This document shows, piece by piece, positions 36,278 to 50,062 of a DNA stretch of 64,000 bases. A program made the translations under genes and the position numbers. Positions within the stretch are counted from its first letter, which is position 1, and every line of letters starts with the position of its first letter. Origin of the DNA: Octopus vulgaris (taxonomy: Eukaryota); assembly GCA_951406725.2 (NCBI GenBank), contig OX597814.1:137578001-137642000 (forward strand), given 5' to 3'. A model generated the notes under the pieces. It was given only the letters and a program-made list of their open reading frames with translations, ran no database searches and was not told the origin of the DNA.

Positions 36278-36513
36278 CTTTTCTACTCTAGGTACAAGGC
36301 CCAAAATTTTTGGGGGAGGGGGGGCAGTCAATTAGATCAACCCCAGTATGGAACAGGTACTTAATTTATCGACCCCCAAAAGGATGAAAGGCAAAGTCGA
36401 CCTTGGCGGAATTTGAACCCAGAACATAATGGCAGACGAAATACGGCTACGCATTTCACCCGGCGTGCTAACATGTCTGCCAGCTCACAACCTTCGTTTC
36501 TGCCAGCTCACCG
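36278..36513 (-). mobile_element. tRNA-derived SINE, family A
   Basis: ggatgaaaggcaaagtcgaccttggcggaatttgaac..ctgccagctc. Confidence 0.85.
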
Positions 36514-37139
36514 TAATGCATATCTAATATCAACATCAGTGTCTGCTTGTTGTTGTTGCTGTGGTTTAGCATAGCAGATGAGTTCTGACTGAGCAAACAT
36601 ATGGCTACGGACACTCCAAACATGACCATCCTATCTTTATTTTAGAGAATTTATGTGGGATCATGCTATCCAGTATGTCCTTTCTCTTTTAAGGTGGTAA
36701 AGGATGATGATATGAGGGAGTACTGGCAGCCATTTCTAGCTACATATATACATCAGATGATACTGTAAGTGTCAATAAAATCATCTAAAATCTAGATAGT
36801 GGTGCTCCAGCATGTCCACATTTCAATGACAGAAACTACATGGGAGGGAGGGAGGGGGAGGAGTGAGTGAGTGTATTTGTGTGTGTGTGTGTGTTGAATA
36901 GGGGAAAGTTTTCTACCAGACATGTTACATTAAAAACATTATGTTCAAGAACCTTTTTTCTAAGAAAAACTTTCATATTTCCTTATTAGTCTTCTATGTT
37001 TAGTTGGGGAAGATGTGAAATGTTAGACTAATAGATTTAGGGATGTTACAAATGCACATAGGCGTGGCTATGAATGTAGGAGTGGCTTATTGGTGCAGGA
37101 ATGCCTGCGAGGTTATGAAGCTTAATTCCTAACCATATG

Positions 37140-37187
<48 letters not shown>

Positions 37188-37504
37188 AGCGTTCATATAT
37201 ATATTTATATATGCATTGTTATGCATATACTTATATACATACACATGCATACATATACATAAACATGTGTATGCATAATAATGTATACATACATATGCAT
37301 AAAAATGTATACATGCATGCATATGCACATATATGCATTACATACATAAGCATAAAAAATGTATGCATACATATGTGCAAATATCTATGCATTACATATA
37401 TATATGCATACAAATGTATGCATTATGTACATATGCATGCATATGTATGCATTACATACATATGCATACAACTGTATGCATATGTATGCACGCATGTATA
37501 CCTA

Positions 37505-37729
37505 TTTCTTTACTACCCACAAGGGGCTAAACACAGAGGGAACAAACAAGGACAAACAGATTAAGTCGATTACATCGACCCCAGTGTGCAACTGGTACTT
37601 ATTTTATCGACCCCAAAAGGATGAAAGGCAAAGTCGACCTTGGCGGAATTTGAACTCAGAACGTAACGGCAGACGAAATACGGCTACGCATTTCGCCCAA
37701 CGTGCTAACGATTCTGCCAGCTCGCCGCC
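37505..37729 (-). mobile_element. tRNA-derived SINE, family A (different 3' end)
   Basis: Same head and core as 36278; head ..ttctgccagctcgccgcc. Confidence 0.85.
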
Positions 37730-38189
37730 CTAACACACATGTACACCTATGTATGCATATATACACAATATTAAATAAGTGATAGGGAACAGAATTTACA
37801 TAATGAGCTTCATTAGCTTACAGCAGTTTCTGTTGTAAGCTACTCAGAGGTGAGTACTTGTCCATCACTGGGAGCTCCAAGGAAGCTATAAGGTGATGTG
37901 TATGGATGAGGACAGCTGTGTAAAGTGCTGATTGTTGTAAATGAATGGAATTTATAGAAGAAAGAAATCCAGGAAGACATTGTATGAAAGAGTGAAAGTT
38001 GATCACAAGCTGTTGCACCTTGTGAAGATGACAAAGGGCCAAGATGATCAGCAATTTGCTGTGCTTGAGAAGATCTGCCTGTCATAGAAAAAAAAAACCG
38101 ACGTCCTAAGAGCATTTTGTTTATCTCCACACATGCTGAGCCTTGCCCTCAGTACCCAGTCTTAATGTTTATCCCCCTATCACTTTTCT

Positions 38190-39430
38190 AATTGGGTCAT
38201 CCCATAAATAATGCAGATTTTTAAAAATATTTATTTTATTTTTCAAAATTAAGATAAGCAATGTTCTTTTTTAATCTAAAATATACTCTCCTTCATTTGC
38301 TACAATGCTCTTCCATCTATCTGGTAAACTTGCATGGTCCCTCTTCCAAAATTCACTTGTCTGTGATGAAAAATATTCCTCCAGTACTGTTCTGACCTCA
38401 TCTAGAAAATGCATATTTTTTTTGTCCAAGTGATTTTGAAGACTGCAGAATAAATGATAATCAGATGGGGAAATGTCTGGTGAATATGGTTGGTGGGACA
38501 TCATTTCCCATTCAAACTACTCTAGCCTTTGGAATATCATCCTCGCTATATGTGGTTGAGCATTATCCTGATGGAAGAACACCTTTCATTTTGAAACCAA
38601 TGATGATCATTTTACTTCTAGCATTGACTTAAGCCACTCAAGCTGCTCACAGTACATCTGTTATTTTCTGGTTTGGGTTTAAAAGTTCAAAGTGGACTAA
38701 ACCTTTCATATCCCACCAAACAGATAACAACACTTTATGTGGGTGAAGATCTTCTTTGTCCTGGAGTTTCTCCTTTCCCTACTCACTGTTTTCAGTGATT
38801 CACATTTTTATAGAGAACCCGTTTCTCGTCACCAGTCAATATTTGGTCCCCCAAAAAGGTTCATTCACGAGATGTGATGGAAAAGTTTGAGAGGAACCCA
38901 TTGACCCAATTTGCTGACTTTTCTGATGGCACACAATTGTCAATGAACAGTTGAATGACCAAATCCAAGCTTCTCTGCTAGTTCCTCAACAGTTACAATG
39001 AGATTTTGTTCCACCAGGGTTTGCAGGATGTCCTCGTTAAGATCTACAGATTTTCCAGGACGAGGCTCGTCTTCTAGGCTGTAGTTTCCGGCTCAGAATT
39101 TTTGGAACCACCATTGACATTGGCATATGCTTATTGTCTGATCCCTGTATACTGCATTAATATTCCTTGCATGTTCCGTTGCATTTTTGCCTTTATTGAA
39201 CTCATAAAACAAAATATGGCAAATATGCTCCCTTATCACTTCCATTATAGCTTTGAAAAAATAACTTAAAATCGAACTGCACTCTTCAAAACTTGCACTA
39301 AGAATAATAACAAGGTAAAATTACTACCTGCTTTAAGAGCAAGTTGATGCAGGTAGTTTATCCTGTCCCCCTATGACTTTTAGTTTACGCAATTGAAAAA
39401 AAACTGCATTATTTACGGGATGACCCAATA
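38190..39430 (-). mobile_element. Near full-length degenerate mariner with both TIRs
   Basis: TIRs attgggtcatcccataaataatgcag / ctgcattatttacgggatgacccaat(a); HQPYSPDISPSDYHLF..GEYILD; ~1.24 kb; related fragments at 23425-23525 and 54782-55304. Confidence 0.92.
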
Positions 39431-40754
39431 CTGCTACAATCACTCGACAGCTGAATTAGCACACATTTCATCCTGTGCTTCTTTGAACTACCAATACCTC
39501 TTTCTTCCCTTGGAACCACTTTCTATTGACATCCATCCCACATGATTTTTCACCAATCACACCCTTTCAGTGTCTTCTGTTACTTTTTTTCTCCTCTGAG
39601 CTACATCATTGATCAACAGTAATCATTCTGTATGCCTTCTCATATCCACAGTTGATGCCACCATTCCCACCATTATTGCCACATTCACAAGCCATGATTC
39701 ATTACCTCTGACCTCTATCTTCCACTGTTTTATCAGTGTATACATCATTCCTCTACTCTCTCACTGCACCTTCACACCTCCCCTCAGTACCAATATTTTC
39801 CATCACTTGTTACACTCACCTCTACTAACACACACACACTTTAATAGTAATAAGGACACTTATGAGATGCTGAGCAAAGTTTCCTTTGCCTTTAGCAATG
39901 TAACACATACATGTACACATAGGCATGCTTGCTCACAGATACTCATAGAAAATTCCAAGTGCTCATAGGCATCTACAATCATATACACTTGTGCACATAC
40001 CCACAGTGGATATACATATTTTGTGTAAGAAATTTCTCCAGTGTTTTGTTTTTGAGAAGAATTTTCACCTTTCCACCTCTGTATCACAACACAAAAATTC
40101 ACTTCATCTTTTTTTTCTATCTTAGTTACATAGAATCATCAACCATTTATCTAAGTTGTCTCTCCCATCAACAATTTCATTTTGATGCCACACCCACTAT
40201 GTGTAATTAATAAATTTCTCAAGCCAGACATCATGTAGTAAAGAGCACCTTAACTATGCATGCATTATATGTAAACACACACACTATCACTCACGTACAG
40301 ATTTTACGTAAGCCAACACTTGACTTGTTAAAATTTCACAGCCTACCATCAAACAGCATATAATTATGAGCAAGCAGCTAGGTTATAAAAACATATTCTA
40401 AAAAGGTTGTTAAATATTAAAACAAAGCAAAAAAAAAAAGAAAAAACACACTGAGATTGAGAAAATTTAACAGTAGCTTTGTAGATTTCATTTGAAGAGA
40501 TGCTACTGATTTTAACTGGAATATAGATAATGGAAAAATAATTAGTACTGTTAAAAATGAATAAAAGGCTATACCTTTAACCCATTAATATATAGAGGTT
40601 TCAGTAAATAACTAATCTATCTTGAAACCTTTAACATATTTATCTGTCAGATTTCAGACAAATTTAAATCATATAGCAGTATTTTTTTCTGTATAGCTTT
40701 AGCATGAGTGCTATGCACATGCATCTGGTTTTAAATACCTAGAAGTACAATATC

Positions 40755-40985
40755 TTTCATCTGTTTCAGTCATTTGACTGCAGCCATGTTGGAGTATTTT
40801 TTCAGGGTTTTTTTTAAAGGGTTCTTTTTAGTTGAACAAATTGACCCCAGTACTTTTTTATTCGAAGCTTAGTACTTATTTTATCAGCCTCTTTTGCTGA
40901 AACACTAAGTTACGGGGATGTAAACATATCAACACCAGTTGTCAAGTGGTAGTGGTGGGAACAAACACAGAAACGAAGGCACAGC
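40755..40985 (-). mobile_element. SINE family B, 3' half
   Basis: tgtttcagtcatttgactg..cttagtacttatt..ctaagttacggggatgtaaac. Confidence 0.75.
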
Positions 40986-41009
40986 TATATACATATATAC
41001 AAAGTGCCT

Positions 41010-42300
41010 GATACTTTGATGGACATGGTGCAAGCAGAACTTAATTGGATGACCAAGAGACTCAACCCACAAACTGGGTTAATAGCATGGTGACAGTAGT
41101 GAAACCAAATATGATTAGGATCTGTATAGACCCAAAAGATCTCAATTGTGCCATAAAAAGAAAACATTATCCCATGAGAACTGCTGAAGAAATTATGACA
41201 TGAATGCCAGGTACTAAGCTGTTCGCTGTTCTTGACATAGAGTCTGAATTTTGGCTGATACAACATGATGAAAGCAGTTACAAGTTGTGAACCTTCAATA
41301 CTCCTTTCAGAAGATGCTGATTCACTTGATTACCTTTCGGAGTGTAGTCAGCACTGGAGGTATTTCAGAGAACAACGTCACGGATCCTAGAAGGTTTATC
41401 AGGCACAGAATGTATTATTGATGACATTTTGGTGTGGGGTACAGATGTCAAGCAACATGATGGAAGACTGCATGCCACTTTGAATAAAATACAGTCAAGT
41501 GACCTGAAGTTGAATTCAAAGAACTGCAAGCTGAGAATGATGGGGGTCACATATGTAGGGCATTTCATTGACAAATGACTGAGGTCAAATCTTGAAAAGG
41601 TGAAAACTATCTGAGATAATGCCAGAGCATGAAAACAAAACAGATCTGATGAGATTCCTTGGTATGATACAGTATCTAGGAAAGTTGATGCTAAATCTTT
41701 CCAGTGAAGCTGCAGCTCTACGAGAGTTATTGCTGAAGGACATTGCATGGCATTGGGAAGAAAGGCAGCAAACATGTTTCAAGAATTTGAATTAAAGAGT
41801 GACAGAGACTCCAGTACTACAGTACTTTGATGTTACAAAGCCAGAAATGTTATCAGCTGATGCAATCTCCAAAAGGCTGGGAGCAGTGGTGATGCAAGCT
41901 GACAAGCCTGTAGCATTTGCTCCGAGGTCACTGACAAGTGCACAAAAGAAGTATGCACAGATTGAAAAAGAAATGCTAGGTATCCTACATGGATGTGAAA
42001 AGTTTCATCAGTACATCTACAGGAAAACAGTTCAAGTAGAAACTGATCACAAGCCCCTTGAAATCATATTTCAGAAACCCTTGTGTAGAGTTCCTCAGAG
42101 GTTGCAGAGAATGTTGCTGTGTCTAAAGAAGTATGAGCTTCAAATTACCTACAGACCTGGCAAAGAACTGATTGTTGCAGATGCCTTGAACAGTATAATG
42201 ATTGGTTTGATGAAACTGAGTGTGATGTGGACCTAATACCACAACTGCCGATGTCCTCAGGAAAGTTGAGTGAATTCAGGATTACCACAGCAAATGACCC
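41010..42300 (+). mobile_element. Degenerate Ty3/Gypsy pol (RT and RNase H)
   Basis: IRICIDPKDLN..HYPM, CIIDDILVWG, LSADA..LGAV, YAQIEKEMLGI, ETDHKPL, YRPGKELIVADAL. Confidence 0.9.
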
Positions 42301-42484
42301 TCATAATTTTTCAAATTTTCTTTTTTATAACATATAAATGTATTTATGGGGTAGTGGGGATATTGAAAAATATCAATACATGCCAGAGTGATAAAGAAAC
42401 GAGGAGGGTTGTCTTTGGATGTGCTAGAAACAACAGCCAAATCACCCTTAAATCATTCACTTTTCCCTCTGAAATAACAATTTT

Positions 42485-42720
42485 CTTATTTTTTTACTGG
42501 AGTCACTGGAAGGCTCGGAGAATGGTGCATTGAAAAGATAGGGTGGTGGGGTGATAGGTGAGGGGAAACAGGAGACGGGTGATGGCAGGGCAGGTGCAGG
42601 GGAGAGAGCAGATGCATGGTACAGGAAACATGATCTGGTAAGGGCAGTGTGGATAGTGGTGAGGGGGTATCCATGTAGGATGAAGTGGCGAGCCATGAGT
42701 TGAGACTGAGTCTCAAAGTT
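42485..42720 (-). mobile_element. Penelope-like element fragment (thumb/linker region)
   Basis: MARHFILHGYPLTTIHTAL.. followed by a frameshifted TYHP-type motif. Confidence 0.55.
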
Positions 42721-42761
42721 ATGGTTGTTATTATTGGTATGTATATATATATATATATATA

Positions 42762-43063
42762 TCCCGTGACCAACCAGGCTATCAGATGTTGCTATACATC
42801 GCTGGTTACAATGCGCTTCGCATTGTTTTAGCCTTCAAATGACGCCATCCCACTGGCTAAGCGAGTAGGCCAACAGAAGAAAGAGTGAGAGAAAGTTGCG
42901 GCGAAAGAGTACAGCAGGGATCAGCACCATCCCCTGCTGGAGCCTCGTGAAGCTATAGGTGTTTTCGCTCAATAAACACTCACAACGCCTGGTCTGGGAA
43001 TCAAAACCACGATCCTACGACCGCGAGTCCGCTGCCCTAACCACTGGGCCATAGCACCTCCAC
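42762..43063 (-). mobile_element. tRNA-derived SINE, family D, between (TA)n runs
   Basis: - strand tggcccagtggttaggg..ggttttgattccc (A and B boxes). Confidence 0.75.
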
Positions 43064-45344
43064 ATATATATATATATATATATATTTGGTTCAAAATTGT
43101 ACAAAAGTCAGAGACAAGTGAGAGAACAACAAATAGGGTGTATTAGTTTGACAACCAGGAAAAATATAAGTGACATTTTGAGCCAGCGCTCTTCTACAGA
43201 AAGAAATGAGGAGAGCGAAAACATATGGAGAAAGTGAAAGAAAATTCTTTTGATTGTGGGTTTGTTTGATCATTGCTGATCTGATGCTGAACAAATATAA
43301 TAATGAGAGAATTTCTGTGGTTGTTCGCTCTACTGAATATAGCAGTTAAATTTCATTCAGTAATATACCTGTAGTGGATCTTGCATGCATGAAGTGGATT
43401 CGATCCACCAAAGCCAAATTTAAATTAACACTACAACATAACTTTTCCCATGGTGGAACAATGGTTTTTCTCTGACAGCAGTTTTACATTTTCCAGATGC
43501 CTTTAGCTAGGCTGAAATAATGTCTTCACCACTTGACCCTTTCAAACCTCTTCTACTTCACCAAAAGCTAGAATAGAGATAACAAGACCACCAACTAAAT
43601 CTATTGTTCTCAATGATATATCTATCCATCTGGATATTTATAAAAGAAAGCACACCCCAAGTAAAAAGGAGTTAGTCACAGTCGGTGACAACGAAGTCTG
43701 GTTGACCAATCTTGCTCAGAGGGAGAAATGAAGTTTACTGTCAGCAACTGTGAGACAACATCCCACACCCTACAACTCTCACTAGCTCTAATTCTGTTCT
43801 CTTACAACATCATACTATCTCTCTCTGTATTTACTACTAAACAATGAAGAAGACACAAACACAAACTTTACTTTGCATGCTTTTGGATTTATCATAACTT
43901 GCCCGTCGAGGCAAGGTATTGTAATGTAACAGTAAATAAACATTTCCTTAAAATTTCATGCATTGTTTATCTTTCACATCCTGCAGTATGCAATTATAAC
44001 AATAAATTTTTATTGTTGCAACTGCTGACTCTGACATTTCATAATATTATTTACTAATCAATCTATTACATACCCTACTGTCTTATAAAAGGATAAACTT
44101 ACTGGTTTATGTAGTTCACTCTCTTAAGAAAAAAAGATAAGATAGTCTGAAATGCCTTTCATCATAACTCTACTCACTCAGGGTTGTCCTGGAAATAAAC
44201 AACAATAATTATAATTTTGATAGATAATAACCAATAGACTTATTGACTCATCCCCTCCCTAAAATTGTTGGCCTTGTGCTAAAATTTGAAACCATAATTC
44301 TTATTGAAATGAAAGTGTCTCTTGAAGCAGAAACAGTGTGGAAAAGTCATCTTAGCCCTTTAACCCTTTGTCTGCTCTGCGTATCGTATGTCATGATATG
44401 ATGGTAGTTCTTTGTACCCAAAGATCACGAGGAAGATCGTCAAGCTCCTAAGTGGCAATGTGCACTTGGGGTAAGCATAGGCTTTGGTTAGATGATGGTA
44501 GTGACAATGGCTTTTTCCTTCTATGGTGTTTCTTATCTGCTGCAGTTGCTCTGACCATCTCAAAATTACTTGTGTAACTGGATTAGAACTTGCGTTTGTC
44601 ACATACAAATTTCAAATCACACTTCAATCATGGTTTGACCATGTGTACAATCAACGGTTGTTGTTCACATGACAGTCCTTTAGCTTGTCTGGAGCTTTTT
44701 GTGAGTAAAGCCTATAAATACAGTCAATAAAGGTGCCAATTTTGCAAAATGTTAAAGACGTCAAGCTGGGAGTGAAGTTCTCCCCTTCCGTCAGTTTTAG
44801 TGTCTAGGGTCGAGCTCAGAACTGCTCACTCTCTGTAGTTGTTTTAACGGCTGCATATTCAATTGAGGAATTTGAAGTAGCAAACATCACGCGGCACTTG
44901 TATATTTGCTCAGTATGTTAAAACCAGCCCAAGTGTTAAGCTTTGAACATTTTCCTTGCATGTCGTATTACGCAATTTCCATCTTACTGCTTCTATATAT
45001 TATTAATTGCAATGCATGAACATCTTTTCATACTAATACAGCACAATAAATTATGTTCAAATATTTGCTCGGTGTTGAAAAATTACTACACAAATTTTTC
45101 TGTTAACTATTTAACAATACAGTCCAGTAACATTGGCACACAAACACTCTCAGCAGTGCTGGAAATGGCAGTCAACATAAGCAACAATAAATTCATTGAA
45201 AAGTTTACAAGGTATGGGAACAACACGCAGCTTTAACAAATATCCAGTTACTCATCAAGTCCACAGTTACACTTGCATCCATCACATCTCTGGCGTCCAC
45301 GCATCATATACGATACAAATTTCTTTCTACTTCGAGAGTAACTT

Positions 45345-45755
45345 GGTATCTTTTCGGTTTGAACGACAGTTTTTTTCTAGCGGTGTCATATGAAATTGTC
45401 ACCCATAATTATGACCCTAGTATCGATCTATTGCATTTCAATCTGTTTTAGGGTTAGGATTAGGGGGGGAGGGTATCTTTTTTTCTTCACAAATGTAAAT
45501 AAACCCAATCTGTTTCTTAAACGAGGGACATATTCATACGGCACAATGCTTTTTACCTCAATAGACGTCAGTGATTAGTTGAAATTGCAGAAATTGAAGA
45601 AAAAACAACAAATATCTTACAAACTATAGAATTTTCTCAATAAAGCCAAGAGAAAAAGATGTTTTATAAACACATTCTACCAGTATACAAAGTTTAAAAT
45701 TTTTCTAGTTACCTAGAAATTATGTTAAAAACTGCCGTTCAAACCGAAAAGATCC
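45345..45755. mobile_element. MITE with ~26-bp TIRs and a 7-9-bp TSD
   Basis: atcttttcggtttgaacgacagttttt / aaaaactgccgttcaaaccgaaaagat, flanked on both sides by gtaactt(gg). Confidence 0.85.
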
Positions 45756-45835
45756 GTAACTTGGGACTTAGGAAAGCTTTATATTACTCAGAGTGTCTAA
45801 AACAAAGTCTATAAACAAGCATGGCTATTTAGGAC

Positions 45836-46020
45836 CACGCTCAGGGTTGCTGAAGCGTGGAATAAACTGCCTGCATCAGTTGTTGACTGCCATGACACTG
45901 CATCCTTTAAGGCCCTCATGCTTCCCGAAATCCGTCGAAACTACACCTGATTATATATACACTTTAGATGAGTTGTAGTGCACCTGAGCACTGTACACAA
46001 TTATTATTATTATTATTATT
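45836..46020 (+). mobile_element. Short 3' fragment of the CR1/L2-group LINE
   Basis: cacgctcagggttgctgaagc..gcactgtacacaa(tta)n. Confidence 0.92.
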
Positions 46021-48391
46021 AAAATGCCTTTAATAGCAAAGGGTTAAGAATATGCAAAAATCTGTTATTTTCACTTTTTGTTTATTTAATGAGGCGTCCC
46101 ACATTGTTCACCATTAAACTGCAGCGTAAGCTAGATGTTATGAACATGTAACGGCAGAAATTAATTTGTAAACAATAATTGATACACTATAGGATGGAAC
46201 GTCGGAGTCGTCACCAGTTTGAAATCGATGCCTGTTATGGTGCAACGTCGGGATCGCCAGTTTGCAACAGTTGAGATTAATTTGTAACGGTTAGTTCTTC
46301 GTTGAAGTCGAAGGTCACCAATTGTAATGGTTTGCTGTTAGTTAATTTCCTTTATGTAAGTTGAAGGAAGAACAACGAATGAAGTTGTAAAGAGATATTT
46401 ATTTACCGTTACTTTGATATATACCATACCACAACTGGTAGGCTAGTGTAATAGTATAACACAGTTCGTAAAGCATGCAAAGTAAAAAGAGTTAATTTCG
46501 GCTTGTATATGTGTGTACACGATCTCATAGTAGTATTAGAGAGAGATATGGTAATGTTGCAGAGAAAAGAAATTGAGCTAATGAAAGCGAGAGTGTGAGA
46601 CAAGACGGCTTCTACGTTGGTTAATTCCATAGTCATCACTCTGTGAAGTTACTTCAGTCGAGACAGCACTTCGCTCGAGCCAGTCTGTCGCCTCTCTACC
46701 AGTCGTTCTCACTAACTACATTCTGACTTTACTTGCAGAGTTCTTGTTTTTATAACTATCCAATTTGTAATAAAAAGACTATCTCATTTTACTTGTTGAC
46801 TCTTTCATATCCCAATGCAGATGCATCCTCCTCGTTCAACAATGAGAATTTGATTCGATTAACTGAATAACCTGCTCCAGTATCAATTTATAAGTAGCTA
46901 ACTTTCTACGGATGCGTGTACCCTTTACATAAATCCCAGGTAGAATCAACGTGACAAGGTGTGACAGGGCATGTACTTTTGAATTATGGGGTACAAAATA
47001 TCTGATGAGCTACTTTACAGTTTCCGATTGTTCAGTTTCATCAACAAAATATGAAGTGACTTAAAACTAAAGAAGGCGACATCTGCCTAAGATGTCAGTG
47101 GGATCGAACCATATATATCGTAGTTGTGAGTGAACTTCTTACTTAGGCAGCACCTTCAATTTATAAAATAGTTCATAATATAAATGATGGGCAAGAAATG
47201 TGTAGTTTAAAATTCGAGTTGTTTCCCTTGTTTTTTTAATTTTTCTTTTTATTATGCAATTGTTGAACCCGGAACAAACAAGTTTCTTATGAAGTTATTG
47301 ACAGGTGTCGTCTTAATTTGTTTCATGAACTTTCGTTCAGTTTGCTGCAATAATGAACGAAATTTTAGTCAGAACCAATCGGAGTTTTTATAATGTTGGA
47401 GATACAGTTTATGGGTAAAGAAAAATTCTTTTTAATTATTTTGTTATTTCTATTGTTGCGTTGTTGTTATTTAGACCCACCTTCATCAACAGATTGATGA
47501 TCAAAAATATTCCAGCCGTGGTCACCTCGTCCTTTTTGACTGTGTAAGATTAATTATCAGGAAGTGTTTCTCTAATGCTTTTTTTTTAAACAGTGCAGTG
47601 TAATTTGATTTGAAGTAAATTTGACTATTATTTCTAACAAGGCGTGGGGCCACGTATAAGCTTTCGTTTCTATTGTTGTTTCTTTTCTTGTTTTTCTTTC
47701 TATAAACACTTCAGTTTCACAGTGAGGCTATTCCACTTCAGTTTCATTAGCAAAAGTAGTTATTTTAGTGGTAACATAAATTTAAATAGAATTCGTCAAG
47801 TAAAGTAAATCAATCTATAGTATTTGATTTTGTTGTTGCTTAGCCTTAGGTCACCCCTGATCGACCAGTACTATGGTCAGACATTTCTACCTCTGCAAGA
47901 ACTATTGGATTGAGATTTCTTAGTCTTGTTTACGTTCTTTAATACTTTTTATGTGGGACAGAAATTTCTTTCTTCTTGATTCTGACTGAGCATCTGAAAT
48001 TGAAAACAAAACTCCGAAGACTGCTTTTGCGTTTTAAGGAGGAGGAACATAATGAAAAGTTAGGGCGGAATTTAAACAAAAACACCTTAAAAGGAATATA
48101 TATTTCCCTTTTTTAAGACGATAGAGTTATTGAGCAAGATTTGGCTATTGTTTCTAGCAGGTAGAACGACCACTTTGGGACTTCTTCGTTAGTTCGTATT
48201 GATTTCGGTAGTGATGGTAGGTGTAGTAGTCATAAGACGAGCACTTTTCTTCTTACTGTAAACAATGTCGCTCCATTTATCTTCCTAATGTTTACTAGAA
48301 GGAAAAAGTGGAAGAAAAAAAACAGGACGTTCCCTCCCCACTAAAAAAAAAATCCATAAGTTTCTGATTCTCCTCTCCCAAAATTTCATGT

Positions 48392-48425
<34 letters not shown>

Positions 48426-49256
48426 CCTTTTAACTGTTATAAACGAACAACTGTAACTAGAGGTTAACAGTTACTGTTGAACGAGAAATGACTTTAAATT
48501 ATTTTCACAATTTGGATCAAAGAGATCGGAAGAGGTCACACAGAAGCCCTCAAAAACGATGGGAAGATGACCGTCAGAAAATTCAACCTCAAGTGGAAGA
48601 GCAAGGTGCAATCAAGGGAAGAATGGAAGTGTTTTCTAGCGATATGTAGCACATCTGATAGTCTGGTTGATAGAGCGATTTTCATTAATACTTGTTTGCT
48701 AGTTTAGAGATACTACTAGTGGTAGAGTTACTCTATGGTTAGTATTTTTGTTTGCATTTTATTTTTATTGACTTGGTTTGTATATCTTTTAAATAACTTC
48801 ATTTCAGAGCTTTGTTTATATAAAATTCCTCTTTCGTGCTGCTGGAAAATGTAACCCTTCAAATTACTTAGATAATGATACAATATGATTTTCTCCGTGA
48901 GATATTAACAGATTATTATCAAATATTATTTCCTATTGTTCCCCATCATCGTCGTATTATATCCGTTTTGATCATATGCTATCTTATAATGCGTGATAAG
49001 ATCCTATCCTGTATAATACGGTTCTTCCCACTTCGTGACATTTCTTCTTCCTTCTGTCACAAGTACCTTCCACTGTATGCATACAAAACATTTTTACCTC
49101 ATCAGTGCAAGCACAACTGCTATCCCTACTTACATTGACTAATGCTTTGAATCCTCCACTGTTCACTTGAATTCTGATTAGATACTTTCAATTGATCATA
49201 CTCAACTAATTTTGATCCAGTCTCTGGATTTTCTACATTCATTATCCATATCTTAC

Positions 49257-49755
49257 TACCTTGGGCAAAGTTCAAAGAGCTCTTACCTCTGCTGGTGACA
49301 AAGGGCCTCTCGCTCAGAGTAAAATGTACACTGTATGACACATGTGCATGAACAGCCATGCTACATGGCAGTGAAACATGGGCTGTGACTGCTGAGGACA
49401 TGCGTAAACTCGCAAGGAATGAAGCCAGTATGATCCGATGGATGTGTAATATCAGTGTGCATACTCGACAGAGTGTAGGTACCTTGAGAGAAATGTTGGA
49501 CCTAAGAAGCATCAGATGTGGTGTGCAAGAGAAATAACTGCGTTGGTATGGTCATGTGGCGAGAATGAATGAGGACAGCTGTGTGAAAAAGTACCACACC
49601 CTAGCAGTTGAGGGAACCCGTGGAAGAGGTAAAGCCAGGAAGACCGGGGATGAAGTGGTGAAGCATGACCTTCAAACTTTAGGCCTCACCAAGGAAATGA
49701 CTAGTGACCGAGACTTTTGGAAATATGCCGTGCGTGAGAAGACCCGGCAAGCATG
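49257..49755 (+). mobile_element. RTE-clade LINE 3' fragment
   Basis: WAKFKELLPLL..MLHGSETWAV..LRWYGHVARM..VEGTRGRGKARKT. Confidence 0.88.
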
Positions 49756-49996
49756 ACCACAGTTCAATGGGTGAAATAAGTAAAAGATACAAGAAATGAA
49801 TTAATTCAAATGCATCTTTCAGTTTTTGAGAAGCTTTCAGATGTTTTGATTAGAGAAACAACTAATTATCCACAATGATTGAAATGTTTGTGTTTTGAAT
49901 CCTTTATAAGAATTTGTCGTACTTGTGATTTCACTTCTGTTCTCTTTAGATTTCTTGCTTGTAACTATTAATGTGTACAAGTTTGTGTGTGTGTGT

Positions 49997-50061
<65 letters not shown>

Positions 50062-50062
<1 letters not shown>

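Noticed and set aside
37812-37855. Hammerhead-like motif on the - strand
   Set aside because: Core reads CTGAGTA and stems I and II do not pair convincingly
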